DNA of 64,000 nucleotides from Gammaproteobacteria bacterium (GCA_965207345.1 OZ242280.1:760316-824315); one strand, 5' to 3'. Shown: positions 41,730 to 50,925, numbered from the stretch's first letter. Notes: generated by a model not told the origin, from the letters alone. Made by a program: numbers and translations.

Positions 41730-41974
41730 ATCGACTTTTAACTTTTGGCTGGCTAGGGACAATTACTGGTATCATCGGTGGCGTTTTAATAGCACTTAAC
41801 TCGCTTATTTATTCTAAGTTTAGTTTTATTTTTTTTTTATTTTCAGCAGGTAGTTGGTTTATTCAAGGTTATAAAAATAGAGATTATCCGCTTGTGTTAC
41901 TAAATTGCGTATTTATGGTGATTGATATTTTAGGGATTTATAGGTGGTTTTTTCTAAATACTACACCTATTTAA
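41726..41974 (+). CDS. Small three-helix membrane protein, unknown function
   Basis: 82 aa with three hydrophobic helices. The start overlaps the osmC stop (ATGA). The stop lies 6 nt from the first CRISPR repeat. Confidence 0.4.
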   Translation: MNRLLTFGWLGTITGIIGGVLIALNSLIYSKFSFIFFLFSAGSWFIQGYKNRDYPLVLLNCVFMVIDILGIYRWFFLNTTPI

Positions 41975-41980
41975 GCGAAC

Positions 41981-43399
41981 TTTCTAAGCCGCCTATGTGG
42001 CGGTAAACAAACTTTATAGCCTGTGTGCATCATGCCTGTATTTCTAAGCCGCCTATGTGGCGGTAAACATTGGGAAAAAGTAAGAAAGAACTAATTGATT
42101 TTTTCTAAGCCGCCTATGTGGCGGTAAACAAATTGATGAAGTGATTAGTCATTTAAAGCTATTTCTAAGCCGCCTATGTGGCGGTAAACATAGCGGAAGG
42201 TGATGGAAATGCAATAGCAAATTTTCTAAGCCGCCTATGTGGCGGTAAACTTCAAATTGGTTTGATAGATACTCTAACTAGAGAAAATTTCTAAGCCGCC
42301 TATGTGGCGGTAAACACCAAAATTATATTATAGACTTAGCAGCGGACATTTCTAAGCCGCCTATGTGGCGGTAAACTAATTTGCCGAATAAGACTACTTT
42401 GTGATACTTTTCTAAGCCGCCTATGTGGCGGTAAACAGACAACAGTGTCGATCGTAGTAAACGATAATTTTTCTAAGCCGCCTATGTGGCGGTAAACTCA
42501 TCAATCATTTTCTGATTGAAATCTTTTAATTTCTAAGCCGCCTATGTGGCGGTAAACCTGTTAGAGGTTCATTGGGCGTGTCATATACATTTCTAAGCCG
42601 CCTATGTGGCGGTAAACAATCAATAATTTTTGGTTCAATGCAGCAGATATTTCTAAGCCGCCTATGTGGCGGTAAACCCTTAATTCATCAAGATAGCTTG
42701 ACATTTTAATTTCTAAGCCGCCTATGTGGCGGTAAACCTATTGATTCTGCCCTAGTGTAATGAATGTATATTTCTAAGCCGCCTATGTGGCGGTAAACCT
42801 TTGGCGTTGCTTGCTTTACAAGCGTTGTTATTTCTAAGCCGCCTATGTGGCGGTAAACGATAAGTTAAGCTAATTTATATTTTCAATTTCTTTCTAAGCC
42901 GCCTATGTGGCGGTAAACTCATAAGTGATAAAGTTCATACCTCCAATATCTTTCTAAGCCGCCTATGTGGCGGTAAACATATTATATTATGATACCGTGC
43001 TCACATTCTTTTTCTAAGCCGCCTATGTGGCGGTAAACTCCTCAGCATCTCATTGATTATTTTGGGTTAATTTCTAAGCCGCCTATGTGGCGGTAAACTA
43101 TGGGTAAGAGGTCTAGGTTGTTAAGCAAGATTTCTAAGCCGCCTATGTGGCGGTAAACTATTCTAGAATTCGCAAACGAAAAAGTAGATTTTTCTAAGCC
43201 GCCTATGTGGCGGTAAACACTATCACCTGTTTTTGATAATGTTTCAAATTTTTCTAAGCCGCCTATGTGGCGGTAAACATTCTGGCGTGTCAATTTCTGG
43301 CGCGGCTCCATTTTCTAAGCCGCCTATGTGGCGGTAAACTTTTTGTTTTTCATCGTAAAACTCCGTTTTGCTTTCTAAGCCGCCTATGTGGCGGTAAAC
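41981..43399 (-). CRISPR. Type I-F CRISPR array: 24 repeats of 28 nt, 23 spacers
   Basis: All 24 repeats were counted by hand and all are identical. The plus strand reads TTTCTAAGCCGCCTATGTGGCGGTAAAC. The transcribed sense is GTTTACCGCCACATAGGCGGCTTAGAAA, with 5-bp stem CCGCC/GGCGG, 5-nt loop and a CTTAGAAA handle. Sixteen spacers are 32 nt, six are 33 nt and one is 37 nt. Repeat starts are 41981, 42041, 42102, 42162, 42223, 42288, 42349, 42409, 42470, 42530, 42590, 42650, 42710, 42771, 42831, 42891, 42951, 43011, 43071, 43131, 43191, 43251, 43312 and 43372. Confidence 0.97.
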
Positions 43400-43530
43400 A
43401 GTATTTTAAAACGAAAAAATAGCGTTACAACAAATTAAAAACACATATTTCTTTATTTTGACCTATGTTTTTTAACACTGTTGTAACACTTTGATTTTAC
43501 TATATTTTTAAAGAGCAGTTAAATTAATGG
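43400..43530 (-). promoter_or_regulatory. CRISPR leader (AT-rich, between cas6f stop and first repeat)
   Basis: 131 nt, very AT-rich, located between cas6f and the array as in I-F loci. It contains a perfect 9-bp inverted repeat, GTTACAACA (43424-43432) / TGTTGTAAC (43479-43487). Confidence 0.55.
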
Positions 43531-44112
43531 CTAAAAAATAGGGACTGTTGCTACTTTACTTAGCCCAAAGCGATTAAATTCTCCATCAATACTATATTTT
43601 TGCACTTCACCAAACACAATATACAGCCTGTACGAACTTTTTGTAGATGTACTTTGTAATTCTAAATAGGGATTATCTAAACCTGTTTGGAACATTTTAG
43701 CTTTATACTGTTTGATGTATTCTTTTACACTTGCATCTGTGGATAAAATCCCCCTACTTTTCTGATACACTACTCTTTTTTTAAGTTTAGCATTGGTCAT
43801 GGTTTGGCGAGTACGAGAGAAAGTTCTATATCCCTTAATTTTATCTGGTATGGGTAGGATAGCACTTATTTTGCAATAGCTAGATAAATTTTCTAGCCAG
43901 TTTAGATTTTGCATCTCTTGTAACCTTACCTGTCCAGAGTGAATGCGGATAACACATCCGAAAAGTCTTTTTGCTTCCGGAAAGCTTACCCCTATGTCAC
44001 TAGCCTTTATGTCGTAAATGGCTTTGTGGAGTTTGGCATAAACTTTATTAAACAGCATATTTTTATACGTTTCTGCGTCTGGTTGGATAGTTAGATTAAT
44101 ATAATAATTCAT
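43531..44112 (-). CDS. cas6f: Cas6f (Csy4) crRNA endoribonuclease
   Basis: 193 aa, collinear with Pseudomonas Csy4 as I recall it: MNYYINLTIQPD vs MDHYLDIRLRPD, IGVSFPE, RIH, LQSTSTKSSYRLYI vs LRSQSTGQHFRLFI, and C-terminal FGLSKVATVPIF vs YGLSKGGFVPWF. Confidence 0.9.
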   Translation of the reverse strand: MNYYINLTIQPDAETYKNMLFNKVYAKLHKAIYDIKASDIGVSFPEAKRLFGCVIRIHSGQVRLQEMQNLNWLENLSSYCKISAILPIPDKIKGYRTFSRTRQTMTNAKLKKRVVYQKSRGILSTDASVKEYIKQYKAKMFQTGLDNPYLELQSTSTKSSYRLYIVFGEVQKYSIDGEFNRFGLSKVATVPIF

Positions 44113-44120
44113 ATCTCTTC

Positions 44121-45125
44121 TTAAACTCTAATATTAGAAACATATGCTAAGCCTTTTTTACCTAGATAAAAACTAGAGACGCCGGCATTCTCAATCATAT
44201 TCTTTATCTCTTTAGCCTTATCTCGGCTTATATCTAAATTAATTTCAAGTCTTCCGCTAGCTTTAGTCATCAATGGTATAACTACTTCAATGTCTTTTAT
44301 TTTCTCTGTACGCATATAGGGATTGCCCCAGATTTTCTTCCCTTTTCCCGTGGTAAATCTATTCATAAATTCTCTAGTAGTAAAAGTTCGTTTTGAAACA
44401 CCGCTAATACCACCAGCTTTATTTTTTGCTGATGACATATCAAACCGATTAGATAATCTATCTAGTTGTAAATAAAGCGAAGAGTAATAAAAACTCTTAG
44501 GAAATATTTTATCTTTTTTTAGATATTCAATACCAGGAAAATTTTCATTTAGGACTTGCAGAGCTTTTTGAACTACACCTTCATTAATGACAGATTTTTC
44601 TTTATCAATTAATTTTAATTTATTCCTAATAGTTATTGGATTTCCTTTAATAGAACTCAATACAGGCTCATCATTGATTATAAATTTACATAATGATTCA
44701 AAATCAAGCCATAACACACCCCAAAACTCATCAGAATAATCAGAAGAAAATATTACATCATTTTCTTTGATTGATCCAGTAAATGATTCTCGATCAGTAC
44801 TGCCAGTAATATTTCTAATGTAAGTCATTTCATTGGTTTCAATAGATTTATCTTTAAAAGATACTTTATCATTCTTTACAATGCCTTTAAAGAAATAATT
44901 ATTATCTTCTTTACTTTTATAAAGTTTACGTTGATCACCTATGATTCTATTTAGTACACCCATAACTGTATTAAGTGTTACCTCCATTTTTTTAAAGTTT
45001 TCAATATTTTTTAGTTTAGTATATGAAGCAATAAATTTTCTCCCTTTTGAAGGTAATTTTTCATTGTTATTACCATCCAAAAATGAATTACGCCAAGAAG
45101 ATGCATAATCTATAATTACTTTCAT
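44121..45125 (-). CDS. Type I-F variant Cascade subunit, provisionally Cas5fv/Cas5f2-like
   Basis: 334 aa ORF tightly packed (3-8 nt gaps) between the preceding effector ORF and cas6f. I recognise no resemblance to Csy1/Csy2/Csy3. Its size and position match the second effector gene of the minimal I-Fv operon of Shewanella putrefaciens CN-32. Confidence 0.5.
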   Translation of the reverse strand: MKVIIDYASSWRNSFLDGNNNEKLPSKGRKFIASYTKLKNIENFKKMEVTLNTVMGVLNRIIGDQRKLYKSKEDNNYFFKGIVKNDKVSFKDKSIETNEMTYIRNITGSTDRESFTGSIKENDVIFSSDYSDEFWGVLWLDFESLCKFIINDEPVLSSIKGNPITIRNKLKLIDKEKSVINEGVVQKALQVLNENFPGIEYLKKDKIFPKSFYYSSLYLQLDRLSNRFDMSSAKNKAGGISGVSKRTFTTREFMNRFTTGKGKKIWGNPYMRTEKIKDIEVVIPLMTKASGRLEINLDISRDKAKEIKNMIENAGVSSFYLGKKGLAYVSNIRV

Positions 45126-45128
45126 TAT

Positions 45129-46118
45129 TTACTCCTCTAAATCTTTAGCATAGAAATATACTGCATAATCAGATTCTAGTTGCTCGGATATAGTGCTTTC
45201 ATCTTGTTTGATTCGCATCATTTTATGACTATCATTGTAATCTATGAGCACGTCATCAACATACATGTAGGATTTTGCTTGACGAATACATAACTCTCTT
45301 ATCATTTGCAATGTGTGTTCAATTAGTATTTTTATAGCATCATTATTTAATAAAATACCTTTTTCTCCCTCTTCAAAAATAGTGCCACCCCTCACATAGT
45401 TGTTACGAAAGATTGCTTGTGGATTTAATCCTGGATTAAGTGATGAAATATAATTCTGAACAGTTTGTGCAACTTCTTCACCTTGCCCATCTTTAATTAC
45501 CATAGCACAACGGTCAAACTTTCTGTCTAACGAAATAAACTGTAGTTGTTCGATGCTAATTGAGCCGTAAGAAGTATACTTAGTATCACCAAAAGTTGTT
45601 TTTGAAAAGAAAGAAGCACTTTTTTCTGTACCTGATTTTGTTGGCTCTTTTTCTTTACTTCCAGAACGACCCATTTGTTCAAAATTGCCATTACCTAATT
45701 CATCGACAAAATCCTCCATTAATAGTGAGCTAGTACGTTTACATTGACTTGATGTCACAACATAACCACGTACTAAACCTGTGATTGAACCCAAAACATC
45801 TTGCAAATTTTTTTTTGCAGCATAGTGTATATCAAATGCTTGATCTCTAAATAAATGATGACGAATACAATTTTGACTTATATAGAGCGGTGTTTCTTTG
45901 AAGTTTATATCCGTTGCTTCTTTCCTATATTGATAGCCTGTTTCCTCTTTTATTTTTCCAGTAAGGTTTGTATAACCTCTTAATTTTGGTAAACTATGAT
46001 TATTACCGGGTTTACCGTCATCACCTTTTAATGTTGTCGGTCCATTCCAATTAACTACACCATGTCCTAGTGCTGTAATTTTAAAATCAACACTTTTAAT
46101 ACCTGTTATTTTTTTCAT
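45129..46118 (-). CDS. Type I-F variant Cascade subunit, provisionally Cas7fv/Cas7f2-like backbone protein
   Basis: 329 aa ORF starting 2 nt after the cas3 helicase stop. Its size and position match the first effector gene of minimal I-Fv operons. The assignment rests on gene order only. Confidence 0.5.
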   Translation of the reverse strand: MKKITGIKSVDFKITALGHGVVNWNGPTTLKGDDGKPGNNHSLPKLRGYTNLTGKIKEETGYQYRKEATDINFKETPLYISQNCIRHHLFRDQAFDIHYAAKKNLQDVLGSITGLVRGYVVTSSQCKRTSSLLMEDFVDELGNGNFEQMGRSGSKEKEPTKSGTEKSASFFSKTTFGDTKYTSYGSISIEQLQFISLDRKFDRCAMVIKDGQGEEVAQTVQNYISSLNPGLNPQAIFRNNYVRGGTIFEEGEKGILLNNDAIKILIEHTLQMIRELCIRQAKSYMYVDDVLIDYNDSHKMMRIKQDESTISEQLESDYAVYFYAKDLEE

Positions 46119-46120
46119 TA

Positions 46121-47869
46121 TTACTCTCCTTTGAGTTTATCATTTGAAATAACCCCTATAGGTTGTTTTGTTCCTATTGCATAATACATCGCATAAGGAT
46201 TTTGTCTTGCATCTACTTTTGCTAAATCTTCCAGCGTATAGCTTAAATAAATAGGCGTGTCTTGTTCTTTAGATTTTTTTAAATAAATCTTATCCTTATA
46301 TCTTGTAGTAGATTTAACGCCATATTCTGTATCATTTTTTATGTTGTGATGTTTTTTCTCCATAAATGCTAATAAATTCTTTTTATCTTCACCATAACCC
46401 ATAATTGACTCTACAGACAGAGTCAATGACTCCTCTCTACAAGCATATTCATTTGGAAATTCTTCCTTATTATTATTAATATTCATAACAGCCATTTGCA
46501 CGAACCGATTATTACCACGCAAAGAATTATTTTTAATTTTAACTTGGTTGTCTTTTGGTTGTTTTTTATTTGGAAAACAAGTTGGATCTATGTCTTTTTT
46601 ATCAATCCACAAAACACTTTTTTTTAATGCTCTGAGTAAATCTTGCTCAATAGCTTTTATACTAGAGGGATCTTTATAAAACTTTTGATAAATTTGATAC
46701 ATTTTTGTAATCGTAACAATTTTGTTTTCTGGCAGAGATTTTTCCAAAAACTCAAGCCATGCTTTGGTACTTTGCAAACAAAACAAACTATTTAGAAATT
46801 TAGCATTACCTAAGCACTTACCTTTTCTGACATGTTCTGATACTGCTGAAATATAAATATTAGGCTTAGTATTCTTACCAAATCTATCTAACCGCCCTAT
46901 TCTTTGTAGCCAATTTTCAGCGTTAGTGAATTCGCTTATCATTTTATCGCAGGTAATATTTAATGAGGCTTGCACAATGGGTCCTGCTCGTAAAACATCA
47001 TAAGATTTTGACCCATTTTGTTTAAATGAACCAAACACTTTATTAAATAGCTTTCTTTTGTCGGACGGTTTGAATTTACTATGAATTAAAATTGCTTTTT
47101 CTTTCTTTTGATTGTGAATAAAACTAAGCTGGGCATTGATAGCAGTATTGCTAATAACAAAGGTTTTTTTGTTTTTATCTTGTAATTGACACAGCGGATT
47201 AGTTTCATCAATTAATTTTTCATCAAACTTCTGAAATTTTATTTGGTATTGGTTCTGGTTATAACTTTCAATGCTGATAATATCATCTTCATACAAGCCT
47301 AATAATTCTTTAATAAAGTGAAAATTAGGTGTGGCAGAAACCAATAAGGTTTTGTTTTCTCTTTGTAATTTTTTACACTCCACTAATTCTGCAAACAACA
47401 AATTAAAACCAGTCATTGGAATATATTCATGATATTCATCAAACACGATATGGGCATTCATAAATTGAACCAAGCCTGTTACTTTTTTATGAGTGGTAAT
47501 AGTATTAATAATTTGGTCAATAGTAGTTAAAACAATATCTCCTGAAAATTCTTGATTTTCTGGAGTTGGAGTTTCACTGCCATTTTGATAAAGAGTTTTA
47601 AATTCGTCTGTGCAAATTTCAATTTTAGTATTTGGCAAATATTCCTTGCTGGTTAAATCATTCACCAAACCTTGACATATTTGCACTCTAGGACAGACCC
47701 AAATAATTTTTTTCGCATTATTATTTGCCGCCCATTCCAAAGCTATTTTGGTTTTACCACAACCTGCTGGACCACTTAATACCCCCACGGTAATTTCTTC
47801 ATCAGTTAATTTTTCCGCCGCTGATTTTTGGCTTTTATTTCTATTGCTATTTGAAGGATCTTCTCTCAA
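46121..47869 (-). CDS. cas3: Cas3 SF2 helicase portion of Cas2-3 (separate ORF here)
   Basis: 582 aa with Walker [10 protein letters not shown] (compare Pa Cas2-3 ASTGCGKT), DExH-like FDEYHE, SATP (motif III) and a C-terminal RIGRLDRFG (motif VI). It has no ATG start; the frame opens with TTG at 47869 straight after a stop-rich stretch. Confidence 0.8.
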   Translation of the reverse strand: MREDPSNSNRNKSQKSAAEKLTDEEITVGVLSGPAGCGKTKIALEWAANNNAKKIIWVCPRVQICQGLVNDLTSKEYLPNTKIEICTDEFKTLYQNGSETPTPENQEFSGDIVLTTIDQIINTITTHKKVTGLVQFMNAHIVFDEYHEYIPMTGFNLLFAELVECKKLQRENKTLLVSATPNFHFIKELLGLYEDDIISIESYNQNQYQIKFQKFDEKLIDETNPLCQLQDKNKKTFVISNTAINAQLSFIHNQKKEKAILIHSKFKPSDKRKLFNKVFGSFKQNGSKSYDVLRAGPIVQASLNITCDKMISEFTNAENWLQRIGRLDRFGKNTKPNIYISAVSEHVRKGKCLGNAKFLNSLFCLQSTKAWLEFLEKSLPENKIVTITKMYQIYQKFYKDPSSIKAIEQDLLRALKKSVLWIDKKDIDPTCFPNKKQPKDNQVKIKNNSLRGNNRFVQMAVMNINNNKEEFPNEYACREESLTLSVESIMGYGEDKKNLLAFMEKKHHNIKNDTEYGVKSTTRYKDKIYLKKSKEQDTPIYLSYTLEDLAKVDARQNPYAMYYAIGTKQPIGVISNDKLKGE

Positions 47870-47932
47870 AACCCTGTAGACATACTTTAATATCTTTAGT
47901 TAATCTTCGTTCAATTAAGAAAGCATCATTTA

Positions 47933-48130
47933 CTAATTTTTTAATGTATTTTGTTCAATATGCATCTTCAAGTCTTCTGCATTTAGTACAGATACCAGTC
48001 TATCAGCAGTCACCACAACTGCTCGTGCAATATTGTTTTTAGCATTGCTTTTTATATCTATTTGGTAATCTTTAAAACACTCATTTGGACCATAACTTTT
48101 ATAATGAGGTAAGGGAAATGCGTAATTCAC
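47933..48130 (-). pseudogene. cas3: Frame-shifted internal piece of cas2-3 carrying HD motif V
   Basis: This 65-codon frame is the same frame as the helicase ORF and different from the Cas2-HD ORF. It encodes ...IARAVVVTADRLVS..., matching the LILMLADHHYSS-type last HD motif of Cas3. It is bounded upstream by TAA (48133-48131) and downstream by TAG (47935-47933). Confidence 0.6.
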
Positions 48131-49034
48131 TTAGATTATCCGCATCGGCATGTTTAAGCAAATGACCAATTTTTAAATCTAAATTATAATTTGCACTATT
48201 TGTATTAATAGCAGTTATCAGTCCATGTATTCTTGGGGATAAACTATTAATAGTTTCATTTATTAATGATGCCATAAGCTTTTTGTAAATAACTTCTAGT
48301 GTTTTAAACTCTTCTTTTCTAACAGGCTTTGCATGATGCCAATAAACCGTATGTTTAACTAATTTTTTGTTTGGCTTATTAATAGAGGTATCATTTCTAT
48401 TATCAAACAAATAATAAAGCAGTAAGGATATTTCATTGTGCCTTGGGTGTTTTTCAAAGGAAAATTTTTTATCAATATGTTGCCCTTCTTCAGGAATTTC
48501 TTCAATTAATTTCTTTTTCGTTTTATCTAAAATCCATTTTTGAAAAGCAGGGTCAATTTTTCCCATATCGTGCCAACAGCCAGCTACAAAAACTGCTTTG
48601 GCAAGTGTATCGTCACCAACTAATTTTTGGCATAACAAATAAGACACATAACCAACAGCAAATAAATGTTGATCTAAAGGTTGTTTTTTGGTATTTGCAT
48701 ACATAGTATTCATATTTATATGATCCTCAATTTCTCCAATAAATGGATTTTTTTCAGTATAATTAACCGCTACAATCCCCTCACTGTTAAATTTATCTCT
48801 GTTACCAATAATCCACAATAACTCGGTTCTAAGCCTTGATTTTAACTGATGACAACTAATAGCGGTGTTTTTACTAGCTGTTTTTCTTAATAACTTTCTA
48901 ACGGCGTCCAATCCTTCTTGGGTGATGGGGGTTTGCCAGGTATTACTACCGATGCGGTTAGCGAAAGCATCTAGTACTCTGCGGGTACGTTTGAGGGCTT
49001 TTTTCTCACATTCGCTGATAAAAGTTACAAGCAT
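48099..49034 (-). CDS. cas3: Cas2 domain fused to Cas3 HD nuclease domain (N-terminal part of Cas2-3)
   Basis: 311 aa. The N-terminus MLVTFISECEKKALKRTRRVLDAFANRIGSNTWQTPITQEGLDAVRKLL is collinear with the I-F Cas2-3 N-terminus (MNILLVSQCEKRALSETRRILDQFAERRGERTWQTPITQAGLDTLRRLL). HD motifs are CWHDMGKIDPAFQ, HPRHNEIS and YWHH. Confidence 0.85.
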   Translation of the reverse strand: MLVTFISECEKKALKRTRRVLDAFANRIGSNTWQTPITQEGLDAVRKLLRKTASKNTAISCHQLKSRLRTELLWIIGNRDKFNSEGIVAVNYTEKNPFIGEIEDHINMNTMYANTKKQPLDQHLFAVGYVSYLLCQKLVGDDTLAKAVFVAGCWHDMGKIDPAFQKWILDKTKKKLIEEIPEEGQHIDKKFSFEKHPRHNEISLLLYYLFDNRNDTSINKPNKKLVKHTVYWHHAKPVRKEEFKTLEVIYKKLMASLINETINSLSPRIHGLITAINTNSANYNLDLKIGHLLKHADADNLSELRISLTSL

Positions 49035-49035
49035 T

Positions 49036-49995
49036 TTACGTTTTCTCTACTTGGCTACAAATGTTTTTCACTGTATCAAACATAAAATCTAGCGCCCTGT
49101 ATTTGACAAAGTTTAGAAGGCATTGAGCGCGAAATTCTTGTTCACTTATTTTTTCCTTAGCGCAGATGAATGCCCAAGGCAGGATGAGACTATCTTTAAT
49201 AAGATCAGCGATGTCAAATACTAATGCACCACGACGGGTTTTACCATGCATTAAGGCAAGACCGTGCGGAATGCCTAATACCCAAAGCGTAGTGGCAGCT
49301 AGCCCGTAAGCGAGGTAATTGCCATGGTTTAGGAAATTATTGGCAAGATCACCACTGACATGAGTGCGGGTGAAATTATTGGTTTTAGTGCTAGCTGCAG
49401 CTTGTCTGTATAATGCCTTGGTAAGGTTTGCTTCATCGGTTAGTAGCTTATTAACGGTGCTGGCATTAATAATTTTTTCTCTAAATTTAATAAGTAAGTC
49501 ATCATCAATGGCAAAACCTTCTAGTTTCAAATCTTTACTCCTTCCCCAAACCTTTGCTAAGAAATCAAGTCGTCTTTGTTGTATTTGTTTAGCAAAATAG
49601 AGGCGTTTTTGCTCATCAAACCAAAATTGCATCCATGCCTGGACATATTCAGTTGGGCGATATTCACTTTGCGGGCTCAGCCATTCTATCTCACTTGTGG
49701 CAATAAGTGGTGTACCGCCTGATCCGCTAAAACCAACTAAGACACCTGCCTGGGCTAACATGCGCATAGCACACTGAGTAATAGAAGTGCCGTTACCTAA
49801 TAAAATACAAGTAGTATTAGCGATGGGGATATTCCAGTATTGTTTATTATCTTGTTTCTCAGCAAGGTATAAAACTCTGCCATCTTTTTGCATCACGCGA
49901 CATTTTTCTAAATAATAAATATTAGCGCGCTTTGAATGTAATATGGCTTTTAAATCAGTTAATTGTTCCATGAATAGGTAATGGTTTGCTGACAT
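49036..49995 (-). CDS. cas1: Cas1, type I-F
   Basis: 319 aa with long identical stretches to Pseudomonas Cas1f as I recall it: ILHSKRANIYYL, YWNIPIANTT, GTSITQ.AMR.LA.AGVLVGF, PQSEYRPTEY, NFLNHGNYLAYGLAATTLWVLGIPHGLALMHGKTRRGALVFDIADLIKDSLILP. Confidence 0.95.
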   Translation of the reverse strand: MSANHYLFMEQLTDLKAILHSKRANIYYLEKCRVMQKDGRVLYLAEKQDNKQYWNIPIANTTCILLGNGTSITQCAMRMLAQAGVLVGFSGSGGTPLIATSEIEWLSPQSEYRPTEYVQAWMQFWFDEQKRLYFAKQIQQRRLDFLAKVWGRSKDLKLEGFAIDDDLLIKFREKIINASTVNKLLTDEANLTKALYRQAAASTKTNNFTRTHVSGDLANNFLNHGNYLAYGLAATTLWVLGIPHGLALMHGKTRRGALVFDIADLIKDSLILPWAFICAKEKISEQEFRAQCLLNFVKYRALDFMFDTVKNICSQVEKT

Positions 49996-50075
49996 TTACG
50001 AAATTTGATTTTATTTAAAAATAAAAAGTTATTTTGAAAATCAAAAATCTAAAGTTTAATAATATAAATTTTTAT

Positions 50076-50747
50076 CTATAGTAATATTTTACTAGCTATC
50101 GCTAAAGTAGCAATCTCACTTTTTAAAACATAGTTTGTCTCAAAACTAATACGCTTATTAGACTTAAAAAGCGCACATTCCCTTTTTGTTAGTCCACCTT
50201 CAGGTCCTATTAAAACCGTTTTAATATCAGAGGAACATGCCTTAATTGCTGGTGCATTAAAATTTAGAAGTAGTGTCTCAGGATGCGCTTCAATAAATGC
50301 CTCAATACTTGGTATAGTAGCTAGAATCATCGGCTTTATTCTGCCACATTGCATGCAAGATTGAATGAGCAAATGGCGTAATTTATCCAAATTAATATCA
50401 AAATTTCTCTGACTGCGCTCAGCATAAATAAAAGTAATTTTTGTTACGCCTAATTGGTTCAGATAAGGTAAAAAATTTCTAATAATTGCACCTTGGACTA
50501 TGCACCAAGCAATATGCAATTTTTTACCGCACTTATCTTTTACAAGTCTTTTTTTAACAAGTTTTACGTTCGCATACTTGGCACTTAATTTTAATATTTG
50601 ATAATCATAATAATAATTGTCTCTAAGGTTAGCAAAGCAAAGAAGAGTTTCTGTTTTATGTCTGCGTGTTTTAAATAGATGTAGAAATAAATCTCCAGTG
50701 ATGGTGACGTGCGTTTCACCTGCTCTGTTGTGATAAGCAAAAACCAT
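50076..50747 (-). CDS. rsmE: 16S rRNA (uracil1498-N3)-methyltransferase
   Basis: 223 aa with a PUA-like N-terminus and a SPOUT C-terminus carrying LIGPEGGLTKRE and the terminal KSEIATLAIASKILL. Confidence 0.8.
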   Translation of the reverse strand: MVFAYHNRAGETHVTITGDLFLHLFKTRRHKTETLLCFANLRDNYYYDYQILKLSAKYANVKLVKKRLVKDKCGKKLHIAWCIVQGAIIRNFLPYLNQLGVTKITFIYAERSQRNFDINLDKLRHLLIQSCMQCGRIKPMILATIPSIEAFIEAHPETLLLNFNAPAIKACSSDIKTVLIGPEGGLTKRECALFKSNKRISFETNYVLKSEIATLAIASKILL

Positions 50748-50925
50748 AGCCTTTTAAAACTAAAATAGAAACGAAATAAATTCCAAAAATAATGCTGTTT
50801 ATTTTAATAAGAAAATTATAATTTTGCTATGCACTTAATAAATATTATCATCTATTCTCTTTTATGATACATACAAAAAGATTAAATTTTTTCCTTCAAT
50901 TATCGTATAATTAGCTGGCTTTTTA

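Noticed and set aside
43057-43311. 84-aa minus-strand ORF with a repeated VYRHIGGLE motif
   Set aside because: It is simply a translation through CRISPR repeats (each repeat gives the same peptide). It is not a gene.
47933-48130. 65-aa ORF as an independent small gene (e.g. an anti-CRISPR or regulator) between the two cas3 halves
   Set aside because: It carries the last HD-domain motif (TADRLVS), shares a frame with the helicase ORF and begins directly after a stop. It is better explained as a frame-shifted piece of cas2-3.
41981-49995. Possibility that this is a CRISPR-associated transposon (type I-F3 CAST)
   Set aside because: cas1 and cas2-3 are present, and no tnsA/tnsB/tnsC/tniQ-like ORFs or transposon ends are seen. 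The effector genes are not a cas8/5 fusion.
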